This document shows, piece after piece, positions 1-10,014 of a stretch of 64,000 bases of DNA. Position 1 is the stretch's first letter, and the number at the start of each line of letters is the position of its first letter. Source of the stretch: an uncultured Gemmatimonadales bacterium (GTDB lineage: Bacteria > Gemmatimonadota > Gemmatimonadetes > Gemmatimonadales > GWC2-71-9); contig CAWJMT010000036.1 of assembly GCA_963844035.1 (NCBI GenBank), forward strand, positions 160,001-224,000, written 5' to 3'. The translations under genes were made by a program, and so were the position numbers. The notes beneath the pieces were generated by a model. That model was not told the origin of the DNA. It saw only the letters and a program-made list of their open reading frames with translations, and searched no databases.

Positions 1-1879
1 TCAGCTCGTCCACGCTCATGTCGCGCTGCGAGCGGGGCTTGAGCTGCATGAACAGGCGCCCCTGGTTGATCTGGCCGCCGCCCAGGAACGACATGGTCGC
101 TTCGATGTTGGGATCCTGCTGCAGGATCGCCATGACCTGTTGCTGGTGTCGCACCAGGTCGTCGAACGACGTGCCCTGGACGGTTTCCGTGGTGCCGAAG
201 ATCTGGGACGTGTCCTCACTGGGAAGGAATCCCTTGGGGACGATGACGAACAGCGCGACCGTGGCGACCAGGATGGCGGCGGAAAAGCCGAGCGTCGCGG
301 GCCGCCGCGCCATCACCCAGGCGAGGCTGCGCTCGTACCAGCCCAGCACCCGTTCGTACACGCGCTCCGACGCCTGGTAGAACCGCCCGTGCTGCGCCTC
401 ACCCGGCGGCGCGAGGAAGCGGCTGCACAGCATCGGGGTCAGAGTGAGCGAGACCACGCCCGACACCAGGATGGCGGCGCCGATCGTCACCGCGAATTCG
501 TGGAACAGCCGGCCGACGATCCCGCCCATGAACAACACCGGAATGAACACGGCCGCGAGCGACAGCGTCATCGACAGAATGGTGAATCCCACCTCACGCG
601 ATCCGGCCAGGGCCGCCTTGAGGGGCGGCTCGCCCTTCTCCATGTGGCGCACGATGTTCTCGAGCATCACGATGGCGTCGTCCACGACGAACCCGACCGA
701 CAGGGTCAGCGCCATCATCGAGAGGTTGTCGAGGCTGTAGTCGAACGCGTACATCACGGCGAATGTGCCGACGAGCGAGAACGGCAGCGCCAGGCTCGGG
801 ATGACCGTCGCCGAGAGGTTGCGCAGGAACAGGAAGATGACGAGCACGACCAGCGCCAGCGTCAGGAACAGCGTGAACTGCACGTCGTGGAGCGAGTCGC
901 GAATCGACACCGAGCGGTCGGAGCGCAGCTGCAGGTCGACCGAGGCGGGGAGCAGCGGCTTGAGGCTCTCCATGACGGCGCGCACGCGGCTCGCGACGGC
1001 CACGGTGTTCGTGCCCGGCTGCCGCTGCACCGCGAGCACGATCGCCCGGTCGTCGTTGAACCAGGCGGCGCTCTTGTTGTCCTGCACGTCGTCCAGCACC
1101 TGTCCCAGGTCCTGGAGGCGCACGGGGGCGCCGTTGCGGTAGGCGACGACGAGCGGCCGGAAGGCGGCGGCGTTCTCGAGCTGGCCGTTCGTCTCGACGG
1201 TGTAGGCGCGATGCGGCCCCCACAGAATGCCCGTCGGCAGGTTCACGTTGCCCGCGGCGACCGCGTCCGAGACCTCGTCGATCCCGATGCCGCGGGTCGC
1301 GAGGGCTTTGGGATCGAGCTGAATGCGCACGGCGTACTTCGCGGCCCCGTAGACGTTCACCTGCGCGACGCCCTCCACCATCGACAGGCGCTGCGCGATG
1401 AACGTTTCGGCGTATTCGTCCAGCGCCGGCAGCGAGAGCGTGCTCGAGCTCAGCGCGTAGTAGATGATCGGCTGATCCGCCGGATTCACCTTCTGGTACG
1501 AGGGCGGCACGATGCCGGTGGGCAGCTGGCGCAGGGTCTTCGAGATCGCCGCCTGGACGTCCTGCGCGGCCGCATCGATGTTGCGGTCCAGACTGAACTG
1601 CAGGGTGATGGACATGCTGCCGAGGCCGGACGACGAGGTCATCTGGTCCACGCCCGCGATGGTCGAAAACTGTTTCTCGAGCGGCGTGGCCACCGCCGAC
1701 GCCATCGTCTCCGGGCTCGCGCCCGGCAGGCTCGCGTTCACGGTGATCGTGGGGAAATCGACGTTGGGGAGGTTGCTCACCGGCAGGAGGCGGTAGGCCA
1801 TCGTGCCGAAGACGAGAATGCCGAGCATGACGAGCGTCGTCATGATCGGCCGCCGGATGAAGAGCTCGGAAAGGTTCAC
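1..1879 (-). CDS. RND efflux permease, MdtB/MdtC (AcrB family), 3' end beyond window
   Basis: Manual translation from GTG at 1879: MNLSELFIRRPIMTTLVMLGILVFGTMAYRLLPVSNLPNVDFPTITV...ATPLEKQFSTIAG, a typical MdtB/C N-terminus. Absent from the ORF track because it has no stop in the window. Confidence 0.93.
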   Translation of the reverse strand, partial: MNLSELFIRRPIMTTLVMLGILVFGTMAYRLLPVSNLPNVDFPTITVNASLPGASPETMASAVATPLEKQFSTIAGVDQMTSSSGLGSMSITLQFSLDRNIDAAAQDVQAAISKTLRQLPTGIVPPSYQKVNPADQPIIYYALSSSTLSLPALDEYAETFIAQRLSMVEGVAQVNVYGAAKYAVRIQLDPKALATRGIGIDEVSDAVAAGNVNLPTGILWGPHRAYTVETNGQLENAAAFRPLVVAYRNGAPVRLQDLGQVLDDVQDNKSAAWFNDDRAIVLAVQRQPGTNTVAVASRVRAVMESLKPLLPASVDLQLRSDRSVSIRDSLHDVQFTLFLTLALVVLVIFLFLRNLSATVIPSLALPFSLVGTFAVMYAFDYSLDNLSMMALTLSVGFVVDDAIVMLENIVRHMEKGEPPLKAALAGSREVGFTILSMTLSLAAVFIPVLFMGGIVGRLFHEFAVTIGAAILVSGVVSLTLTPMLCSRFLAPPGEAQHGRFYQASERVYERVLGWYERSLAWVMARRPATLGFSAAILVATVALFVIVPKGFLPSEDTSQIFGTTETVQGTSFDDLVRHQQQVMAILQQDPNIEATMSFLGGGQINQGRLFMQLKPRSQRDMSVDEL

Positions 1880-2993
1880 GGGTCCGCCTCCGGCTCGAGG
1901 GGCGCCACCCACCGGGCTCTTCACCTCGACCTGTGCCCCGGAAACGAGACGCAGCTGCCCGTCGATCACGACCTGATCGCCCACCTGCACTCCCTGCGAC
2001 ACGACCGAGTACCCGCCGCTGGTACGCGCCACCGTGACCGGCCGGGCCTGAGCGGTGCCGCTCTGATCGACCACGAATACGTACGTCCCCTGCTGGCCCG
2101 TCATGACCGCCTGTGAAGGGACGACGACGGCCTTCTGATCCACGTACAGCTGCAGACGCACGGTGACGAACTCGCCCGGCCAGAGCGCATTGTCCTGGTT
2201 CGCGAATTCGGCCTTGAGGAGCACGGTACCGGTGGTGGTGTCGACGTTGTTGTCGACAAACGTGAGGACGCCGGTGGCGGAGGTGGTGTCCTGTCCCGAT
2301 GGACTCACGAGCACGGAGAGGCGGTTGCCGCGATAGCGCTGGACCTGGGGCAGACTCTGCCCCGGCACGGCGAACCGGACCAGGATCGGGTGAATCTGGT
2401 TGATCACGACGAGCGGATCGGCGCTGGCGCGTACGAGGTTGCCCGGGCGGACCAGCAGCCTGCCCGTACGGCCGGCGATCGACGCCCGGATGGTGGCCCA
2501 GCCGAGGTTGAGCTGGGCATTCGCGACGGTGGCTGAATCGGCGCGCACCGTCGCGGTGAGTCGCATCCGCGGTGGCGCGCTTCTCTTCGTATTCCTGCTT
2601 GGTGACGTAGTCCTGTTGGACGAGCTCAGCGTAGCGGTTCGCTTCGAGCTGGGCGTTGGTCGCCTGGGCCACGTCTCGCGCTAACCCGGCCTGGGCCTGC
2701 TGCAACGCCGCCTGGAACGGGCGCGGGTCGATCTGAAACAGCACCTGGCCGATCGCGACGTCGTCGCCCTCGCGGAAGGAGACGGCGGTGAGGATGCCAG
2801 TGACCTGCGACTGCACGGATACTGTCTGGCGGGGCTCGACCGTCCCCGTGGCGAGGATTTCGTAGGGGACGGCGCGTTGCTCCGCGTGCGCGATGGCGAC
2901 GGGCACGCGCTTTGGCGCCCCGCCGGCGCCTCCCCGCGAGCAGCCGGCGGCGAGTACGAGCAGAGCGAGGGGTGCGGCGGTGCTGCGGGTCAT
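1876..2993 (-). CDS. RND periplasmic adaptor (MdtA-like MFP), frameshift near 2560
   Basis: Lipobox LAAGC; GTVEPRQTVSVQSQVTG, FREGDDVAIGQVLFQIDPRPFQAAL; C-terminal half (DNNVDTTTGTVLLKAEF) in another frame. Start and stop overlap both neighbours. Confidence 0.9.
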
Positions 2994-4465
2994 TTCGGAG
3001 TATCCACTGTATCGGCTCGAATTTGCAACGGGCTCGAGCCGTCGAGCCCGAGGATCCCGCTGTCGCGGGCGAGCTGCGCGAGCGCCGTGTACCAGTTGAA
3101 CCGGGATTGAATCACCTGCGCCCGGGCGTTGGCCAGCGCCGCCTGCGCGGTCAGCACATCGAGCACGCTTCCGGCGCCCGCCCTGTAACGGCCCGACGCC
3201 ACCTGCTCGGACTCCCGGGCGCTGTTCAGCAGATCGGAGCTGGTGCGCACCTGCTGGGTGGCGGTGCGGAGCGCGTAATAGGAGCGGAACACCTCGTACA
3301 CGACCTGTTGTTCCAGCCCCCGCGCCTGATGCGCCGCGGCCTGCGCAGCTTCCTGCGCGGCCTTGATGTCGTAGCGGCGCGACCAGCCGGAGAAAATCGG
3401 GATCTGCAACGTGACGGTCGCCGCATAGCCGTTGCCGCTCGGCGTGTTGTCGAAGAAATAGATGGCCTGGTAATTCCCTCCCACCACGAGCGACGGCAGA
3501 GCGGCGCCCCGCGCCACGCTCACGCGGGATTGCGCGGCTCGTGCTTCTGCGCGTGCCGCCATCAAATCGGGGCGCCCCCGTATCGCGCGCTCGATCAGCG
3601 TTTCGATGCTGTCGGCGATGCCGAGGGGCGGCGGTCCGCCCGGGGGCGGCCCGATGTCGTAGGGCACGGTGGCCGGGAGCCCCATCGACAACGCCAGGGC
3701 TCCTCGGGTCGTGTGAATCGCGCCTTCGATCGACTCGAGCTGGAGCTGTACCTGGGAAAGCGCCGTCCTGGCCTGCAGCACATCGGCGATGGTGGCGAGC
3801 CCCACTCTGTGGCGCTGCTCGGCGGCGCCGAGGTTGGCGCGGGCCTCGTCCAGCGTGGTCCGCTGGGCCTGGAGCAGCGCTTTGATCGCCATGTACGCGA
3901 AGTAGGCGGTCTCGGTCGCCAGGACCACGTCCTGAATCGTCGCATTGTGGCTCCAATCGGCGGCGAGCAGCGCGTGACGCGCTTCCCCGATGGACCCGCT
4001 GCGACCGCCGAAGTCGAGCAGCAGCCAGGACAGGTTGACAGTGGGGCTGTAGAACTGCTGTTTCACCGCCACCCTGCCGCCGGACGGGGACGTCTGCACG
4101 GCGGTGGCCGCGCCCTCGAGGGTGATCGTGGGAAAGTACTGGCCGCGCGCCGACCCGTACGCGGCGGCCGCGGAGCGCGCCTGGGCCCACGCCACGCTTG
4201 TAGCGGTGTTGTTGCGCAACGCGACGTCCAGGACATCCGTCAGCTTCAGCTCGAGGGCGCGTTCCACGATGTCCGCGGGGATCTGAGGCGCCGGTGGGGG
4301 TTGCGGCGCGACCTGCTCGGACCGTGGTGGCGTCCAGAACGCGCCTGAGGACGGGGCCGCACCGGCGACGCCGCCGACGTTCGGAGGGTTGTGCGCGCAG
4401 CCGAGGAGGAGGCCCGCGAGCACCGCGGCGGTGCGTGGCGACGCTGATGGAGTCGTCATGCTCAT
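2990..4465 (-). CDS. TolC-family outer membrane efflux lipoprotein
   Basis: Lipobox LLGC, two OEP-like repeats (GLATIADVLQART; GAGSVLDVLTAQAAL), upstream of MFP and RND genes. Start 4465 or 4459. Confidence 0.9.
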   Translation of the reverse strand: MSMTTPSASPRTAAVLAGLLLGCAHNPPNVGGVAGAAPSSGAFWTPPRSEQVAPQPPPAPQIPADIVERALELKLTDVLDVALRNNTATSVAWAQARSAAAAYGSARGQYFPTITLEGAATAVQTSPSGGRVAVKQQFYSPTVNLSWLLLDFGGRSGSIGEARHALLAADWSHNATIQDVVLATETAYFAYMAIKALLQAQRTTLDEARANLGAAEQRHRVGLATIADVLQARTALSQVQLQLESIEGAIHTTRGALALSMGLPATVPYDIGPPPGGPPPLGIADSIETLIERAIRGRPDLMAARAEARAAQSRVSVARGAALPSLVVGGNYQAIYFFDNTPSGNGYAATVTLQIPIFSGWSRRYDIKAAQEAAQAAAHQARGLEQQVVYEVFRSYYALRTATQQVRTSSDLLNSARESEQVASGRYRAGAGSVLDVLTAQAALANARAQVIQSRFNWYTALAQLARDSGILGLDGSSPLQIRADTVDTPK

Positions 4466-4571
4466 ATCTTTGTTAAGGGTGCGTGGAATCGTTGCAAATA
4501 CTATAACATGAGGGGCATGGCGCACTTGAGTGATACGCTGGGCGAGGGACAAGGTTGCGGGATGATGGCTG

Positions 4572-4958
4572 ATGACTGAAGACTCGGTGCGCCTGGATAA
4601 ATGGCTCTGGGCCGCCCGCTTCTTCAAGACGCGGGCGCTGGCGGTCGAGGCGATCGGCGGCGGCAAAGTGCTGGTGAACGACGCGCGCGCGAAGCGGGCC
4701 AAACCGATCCGCGTCGGAGACAGGATCCGCCTGCGGCTGGGGCCCTACGAGTACCGGCTGACGGTCCGCGAGGCGTCCGAGCGGCGCGGGCCCGCCGCAG
4801 AAGCGGCTCGGTTGTACGAGGAGGATGCCGAGGGGAAGCGGGCGCGCGAAGCCCTCGCAGCGCAGCACAAGCTGCTTCCGACTCCCGCGTTCCGGGGGAA
4901 GGGCCGGCCTACCAAGAAGCAACGGCGGGATATCGATCGCTGGGAGGAGGGGGAGTAG
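4572..4958 (+). CDS. hslR: Ribosome-associated heat shock protein Hsp15 (S4 domain)
   Basis: VRLDKWLWAARFFKTRALA...GGKVLVN...GRPTKKQRRDI signature. Confidence 0.95.
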   Translation: MTEDSVRLDKWLWAARFFKTRALAVEAIGGGKVLVNDARAKRAKPIRVGDRIRLRLGPYEYRLTVREASERRGPAAEAARLYEEDAEGKRAREALAAQHKLLPTPAFRGKGRPTKKQRRDIDRWEEGE

Positions 4959-5027
4959 GGCGGCCTCCAAGACGAGGGCGCCGAGTCTCAGCCCCCGGCG
5001 CCCTTCCTCAATTACCTCAGTGTCAGG

Positions 5028-5408
5028 TCAGTTGTGGCCGGGCCGACGACGAAGCAACCACCCCAATCCGAGACCGATTCCCGAGCTGACCAGCGCCACC
5101 ATCGCCAATTTCTTGGTCTGCCCGAATGGGATGAACCTGGTGTCTTGGCCGCTGATTTCGACCACGCCGATCGGCGTCGCCCTCACGCCGCCGCCCGCTC
5201 CCTCGCCGGCTTCATCGGCGGCCCGTTCGGGGCCGCTGGCACCCTCACTCTTCCTGTGGCCCGCGCCTCCCCCGAAGCCCAATGCCACCTTGGCTACGGG
5301 AATGACGGTCTTGCCGTCCACGACGACGGGCTCGCCGTACACCTTCTTCACGCTGGCGGTGGTTTGCAGGTGCTCGACCGCCGATTCGATCAGCTGCTTG
5401 GTGCTCAT
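5028..5408 (-). CDS. YtfJ/GerW-family protein
   Basis: VKKVYGEPVVVDGKTVIPVAKVALGFGGGAG...GAGGGVRATPIGVVEI plus C-terminal TM helix. Confidence 0.8.
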   Translation of the reverse strand: MSTKQLIESAVEHLQTTASVKKVYGEPVVVDGKTVIPVAKVALGFGGGAGHRKSEGASGPERAADEAGEGAGGGVRATPIGVVEISGQDTRFIPFGQTKKLAMVALVSSGIGLGLGWLLRRRPGHN

Positions 5409-5493
5409 AGTGGCTCCCTGTAAGTGGTCGTGGAGGAAATGACGCACCGCTGGGCTGAGACGGTCGTGAAGGCGGAGTGACGGTAGGTTCACT

Positions 5494-5536
5494 GAAAAAG
5501 ACTTCCCCCCGCGGGGCTTTGGCGCCGCGGGGGGAA
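5494..5536 (-). terminator. Intrinsic terminator downstream of hsp20
   Basis: 12-bp stem TTCCCCCCGCGG/CCGCGGGGGGAA followed on the minus strand by GTCTTTTTC. Confidence 0.8.
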
Positions 5537-5554
5537 CTGTCGCCTCGCTGAAGG

Positions 5555-6037
5555 CTACTTCAAGGCTTTCTGCGGCGGGGCGACTTCCACCTTGATGAGG
5601 TGCGGTTTGGCTGCCTCGACTTTGGGCAGCACTACCGTCAGCACGCCGTTGTCGAAGGTCGCTTTGATCTTGTCGGGCGCGACCGTCGCCGGCAGTGTGA
5701 AGCGGCGCTCGAATGCGCCATATGTCCGCTCATACCGATGCACCTTCTCGGCCTTCTCCTCTGCTATCTGCTCCTTGTTCCCTTTGATCGTCAGCACGTT
5801 GTTCTCGACTGTGATATGCACATTCTCGAGTTTGACGCCCGGCAGCTCCGCAACGATGCGGATGAACTCTGCCTCCTCGAAGATGTCGACCAGCGGCATC
5901 CAGGCGGTTGTTGCTATCTCTGGGGCGTTCCACTCCATCAGTCCATAGGGCTCGAAGAAGCGGCCCATACGACGCTCCAGCCGGTACAGCAGATCCAGCA
6001 TCGGATCCGTCTGCGGCTTCGTGGTGATGTTGAACAT
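5555..6037 (-). CDS. Small heat shock protein Hsp20/alpha-crystallin
   Basis: WMPLVDIFE...AELPGV...ERTYGAFERRFTLP...ATFDNGVLTVVLPK; SD GGGAGG before ATG 6037. Confidence 0.95.
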   Translation of the reverse strand: MFNITTKPQTDPMLDLLYRLERRMGRFFEPYGLMEWNAPEIATTAWMPLVDIFEEAEFIRIVAELPGVKLENVHITVENNVLTIKGNKEQIAEEKAEKVHRYERTYGAFERRFTLPATVAPDKIKATFDNGVLTVVLPKVEAAKPHLIKVEVAPPQKALK

Positions 6038-6206
6038 GGTAATCCTCCCTTTGACGTTGCACCCCGAACGTAGTCGCCTCGGGGTGAAGCGTGGTGAGGT
6101 CACCCTGAGGCTTTCGAGCGGATACCTTCACGCTCAGCGGCCTTGCTCGAACTGTTCCGTCGCTGCGAGCTTCTTGTACACATCGGCTATCACTCTTGGG
6201 GGGGCT

Positions 6207-6548
6207 ATGAACGTGCGGTCAGGGAACTGGAAAGCAGGCATCGTAGCGGCGGTGTTCGGGGTCGTTCTGGGGGCCGCACCAGCGGTTGCTCAGGCGCCTG
6301 ACGGGGCGGCGCTGTACAAGCAGTACTGCAAGGCGTGTCACGGCGCGAAGGGAATTCCGTCGAAGCAGATGGTGACGATCTACCCGGGCCTGAAGGCGTT
6401 GGCCGATAGCGGCGCGCTTGCCAAGCTTCCGACGGACACGGTGATCGCCGCGATGCAAAAGGGGAGAGGCACCACCATGAAGGCGTTCGGCGACGTGCTG
6501 TCGCCCGAGCAGATGGCGGCGGTAGCGAAGTTCACCAAGACGTTGTAG
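6207..6548 (+). CDS. Monoheme class I cytochrome c
   Basis: Signal peptide ending AVA-Q; GAALYKQYCKACHG; distal Met in MKAFG; convergent on the cytochrome b gene. Confidence 0.9.
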   Translation: MNVRSGNWKAGIVAAVFGVVLGAAPAVAQAPDGAALYKQYCKACHGAKGIPSKQMVTIYPGLKALADSGALAKLPTDTVIAAMQKGRGTTMKAFGDVLSPEQMAAVAKFTKTL

Positions 6549-6557
6549 CAGCCGCCG

Positions 6558-8018
6558 TCACGGGCGCAGGGGCGGTGGAAACGTATCGTAGAAGTGTGGC
6601 TCGGCGTTGCTGGTCCCCCGTAGCGCGGCCATGTACTGGGCCAGCTCTTCAATTTCCTGGTGCGAGAGTACCGGCGGCCCGAACGCGGGCATGTGCGACT
6701 CCGCATAGAACCGGCTCGGCTGCTCGATGAAGCTGTGCAGCCACCCGGCTGAGTGCCGCAACCCCACCGTCGAGAGGTCCGGGCCCACCTCGCCGCCCTG
6801 ACCAGCGATGAGGTGGCAGCCCCCGCATTGCTGCGACTGGTACAACGCGCGACCCGCTCTCTCCGCCGAGCTGAGTGCGCGGCCCGTCTCGGGGGCCGTG
6901 ATCGGGCCGCGGCCCGCCGCCCCGATCAGGATGCCGGCGCCGCCGAGAATACCGACCAAGCAGATCAATGCGAATGGCCGATGCAACAGGTTTCGGGTGC
7001 TCCCCCGATCAAAGAACGGCAGTCCCAGCAGAACCAGGATCAGCGCCGCCGGAACGCCGACCGCGATGAGGCTTTCCAGCGAGCCGGGAACAAGCTTGAG
7101 GAGCTGATAGATCGGCAGGAAGTACCACTCCGGCCGCGGCACGTAGGCCGTGTCGGTGGGGTCGGCTGGAGGATCGAGCGGAGCGCCCAGCGCGAACGCG
7201 AGCAGCACGATGACAACGACGGTGCCCGCCGATACGATGGCGTCCTTCCCCAACACGTCCGGCCAGAATCGCACCCCCCCCCGCTTGGACGCAGCGTACG
7301 CCTGTCGATAGTAGGCCGGATATCCTGGATCCCCGGTCCCCTTCGGCGCCCCCACCTCCAGGTCCTTCGGGCGCGCGGCGATGCCCTGGCGTACCACGAC
7401 CACCAGATGGAGAGCGACGAAGACAGTAATCACCAGCGGCAACCACAGGGCGTGGAAGGCGTAGAAGCGCGCCAGCGTCGCCGCCCCGAGCTCCGCGCCC
7501 CCGCGGAGTAGCGCGACCAACGCGGAGCCCAGCACGGGCGTCGTCCCGGCCATGTTCGTGCCGACGGCGGTGGCCCAGTACGCCTTCTGGTCCCAGGGTA
7601 GGAGGTATCCGGTGAAACTGAATACCATCACGATCAGGAACAGCCCCATTCCCACGATCCAGTTGACCTCGCGGGGATACTTGTACGCTCCCACGGCGAA
7701 TACACGAATCATGTGTGCGACAATGAGGACCACCATCACGCTCGCTGCCCAATGGTGGATCCCGCGCAGCAGGGAACCGCTCGCGACCTGAGTTTCGATG
7801 AACCGAATGCTCTCGTAGGCGTGATCGGGCGAGGCGGAGTAGTAGGTCGCCAGGGTCACACCGGTGATGACCTGCACGAGAAAGACGGTGAGCGTCGCGC
7901 TCCCCAGCGTGTGCCACCAGGTGAGGCGGTCGGGGACTTCGCGGTCGAGCAGATCTCGCTTGGCCCGCACGAGATCCAGTCGTTCGTCGAGCCAGCGGAA
8001 TGGGTTCATCATCATCAT
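6558..8018 (-). CDS. qcrB: Cytochrome b (b6 + subunit IV fused) with C-terminal monoheme cytochrome c; Rieske/cytochrome b complex
   Basis: His pairs RGIHHW..AHMIR and FHALW..LHL, GYLLPWDQ, PEWY, then CGGCH...GPDLS...MPAF. Confidence 0.92.
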   Translation of the reverse strand: MMMMNPFRWLDERLDLVRAKRDLLDREVPDRLTWWHTLGSATLTVFLVQVITGVTLATYYSASPDHAYESIRFIETQVASGSLLRGIHHWAASVMVVLIVAHMIRVFAVGAYKYPREVNWIVGMGLFLIVMVFSFTGYLLPWDQKAYWATAVGTNMAGTTPVLGSALVALLRGGAELGAATLARFYAFHALWLPLVITVFVALHLVVVVRQGIAARPKDLEVGAPKGTGDPGYPAYYRQAYAASKRGGVRFWPDVLGKDAIVSAGTVVVIVLLAFALGAPLDPPADPTDTAYVPRPEWYFLPIYQLLKLVPGSLESLIAVGVPAALILVLLGLPFFDRGSTRNLLHRPFALICLVGILGGAGILIGAAGRGPITAPETGRALSSAERAGRALYQSQQCGGCHLIAGQGGEVGPDLSTVGLRHSAGWLHSFIEQPSRFYAESHMPAFGPPVLSHQEIEELAQYMAALRGTSNAEPHFYDTFPPPLRP

Positions 8019-8019
8019 C

Positions 8020-8550
8020 TCAGGTCGAGGCCTTGGCGGTGACGCCCAGGTGGAAGTCCTTGTAGTCGGCATAGAGCACGCCGTCTTCGACCTTCACCTG
8101 TAAGGTGTCGAGCGGCCGCGGCGGCGGGCCCCCCAGGACGGCGCCGGTCGCGATCTCGAAAAAGCCCGAGTGGCACGGGCAGCGAAACACCTTCTTTTCG
8201 GTGTCGAGCGAGTAGTTGCACCCCAAGTGGGTGCAGCGTCCGTTGTAGACCGTGAAGTGCTCACCGTCCGCCGTGTAGATCCACACGTTGCGGAGCCGGC
8301 GGGTCTCCACCCAGGCGTCGTTGGCGGTATCGACGAAGTCCAGCTTGGTCGGGACCTCGGTCTCGAACTGGCTGACGTCCCCTAAGCGAACCCATTTCTC
8401 AGGTCGCTTTTGCCCGAAGACCGGCGAGAGGAATGCACGCGCCGCCGGAACGCCGGCGAGCAACGTGCTGAGAAATCCGCCCACCGCCGTGGCCCACTTG
8501 AGGAACGTGCGCCGGCTGGCGCGGACAACGTCCGCTGGTTGCACTGCCAT
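8020..8550 (-). CDS. qcrA: Rieske [2Fe-2S] subunit
   Basis: Tat motif SRRTFLK, TM helix, CTHLGC and CPCHSGFF boxes, GPPPRPL. Confidence 0.95.
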   Translation of the reverse strand: MAVQPADVVRASRRTFLKWATAVGGFLSTLLAGVPAARAFLSPVFGQKRPEKWVRLGDVSQFETEVPTKLDFVDTANDAWVETRRLRNVWIYTADGEHFTVYNGRCTHLGCNYSLDTEKKVFRCPCHSGFFEIATGAVLGGPPPRPLDTLQVKVEDGVLYADYKDFHLGVTAKAST

Positions 8551-8577
8551 GGTGCAGACCTCCTGGGAGTTCCGTTC

Positions 8578-9994
8578 CTACGGCGTCGGGATCGCGGTGC
8601 CGTGACAGACCGTGCACATCTGGGGATTCTTCTGCTTCAACCGCTCGGCGTCAAATCCCGGCCCGTGGGGGTTGAACCGGCGGCCCCCGTTGGCGGAGTG
8701 ACACGGGAGGCAGTCGCGCTCGACGTGGCAGGAGACGCAGGTCTCGAGGCTCTGCCGCGCGGCCTGGCCGTGGCCCCCAATGAAGTTGCTGTTGGCGTCA
8801 TGAAAGCCGCCCCGCAGTGTCCGCGAGCTCACCAAACCGGCCGTCGCGTGACAGGTCGTGCAGAAGCCCGCGGGATTGTGGCACTCGCTGCACGACGTCT
8901 CGCGCGCGTAGGCCGCCGCGGGGTGGCGGGCCAGGAATGCGGTCGGATGATATCCGGGCCCTGTCCCCGCATCCAGCCGGTGGCACTCGAGACAGTTGGA
9001 CTGCACGTGGCACCCGGCGCACGTGGCCGGGGTCCGGGCGGCCATCGCCCCGTGACCGCGCGCGAAATCCGGTCCGTGAAACACCGGACGGTGGCGCGCG
9101 ATGATCGCTCCGATCCCGCGCCCCGCGCCGCGGGTCGGGAGCGCCGCGGCGACGCGCGGCGTGCCCACGTGGCAGGTGAGGCAGCTCTCCCGTGCGTGGC
9201 AGCTCGAGCACTGAACCGGTGCACTGCGCGCCGTCGCGCCGTGGCGGTTGAGGAACGCCGGCTCGCGCGTGCGATGGGGGCGCTCTGAGGTGCACCACGA
9301 TTGCGGTCGAGCGTGGGTCACTCGGCAGCGCCTGGATCGCAGCGCGCTCCGGCGCGTCCACGTGGCAGGTGAGGCAGAACTCCCGCGCGTGACAGGTGGC
9401 GCAACTCGCCGCTACGGCGGCGTTCCTGCCACCGCTCTGCGCGGCCCTGGCGTGCCCGCCGCCGCCGACCCAACCCGCCTCCTGGTGCGAGGGCGGGGTG
9501 GGGAACCCGGCGATGTCTTCGCGCGTGAGCGCTTGCGCTTCCGCGAGGGGCAGGTGACAGACGGTGCATGCGGTGTCCGGCGCCGCGAGATGCGCCGTAC
9601 GCACGCCATGACAGTTGAGGCAGCGTCCAAAATTCACGCGCTGCACCGCCATCCACGTGCCGTCGTCCGAACCGTGACAGACCGTGCACCCCGGGGGCCC
9701 GGGTTGGCCTGCGCGCACCATTATCGGCACGAGGGCGTGATCGAACCGCAGATTCGTCCGTCGCGGTCCAGCCGGCGGACGCCAGTTCACCCGCGGCTTT
9801 ACCGTACCGTCATGACAGGTCGCGCACGCCGCGGGATCGGGATACAACGACCCCTCGCCGGTCGCCGGCTGCGCGTGACAGGCTGTGCAGGTGGGGAACA
9901 ACCGGCGGTGTTTCTCATGATCGAACCGCTGTGCCTGCGTCTGTTGCGCGGCCACTCCCCGCCCGGGGTGCACGCCCAAGGCGAGGGCTACCAT
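8578..9994 (-). CDS. Periplasmic multiheme cytochrome c, about 16 CxxCH, frameshift near 9270
   Basis: Signal-like N-terminus; 7 CxxCH in the ORF 8798..11233 frame and 9 in the ORF 8578..9321 frame. True start may be a few codons upstream. Confidence 0.85.
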
Positions 9995-10014
9995 CAGGAC
10001 GTGCCGCAGTGCGG

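Noticed and set aside
140..2116. 658-aa plus-strand ORF, and similar long ORFs at 31121-32719, 36091-38400, 46618-48027 and 49359-51857
   Set aside because: Antisense shadows of well-supported genes; long stop-free frames are expected in high-GC DNA.
594..4190. 1198-aa ORF
   Set aside because: Only the segment at about 2560-2993 is real (MFP N-terminus); the rest is off-frame TolC and RND sequence.
4525..4546. CTTGAGT half-site like the HspR HAIR operator upstream of hslR
   Set aside because: The second half (ACTCAAG) is absent.
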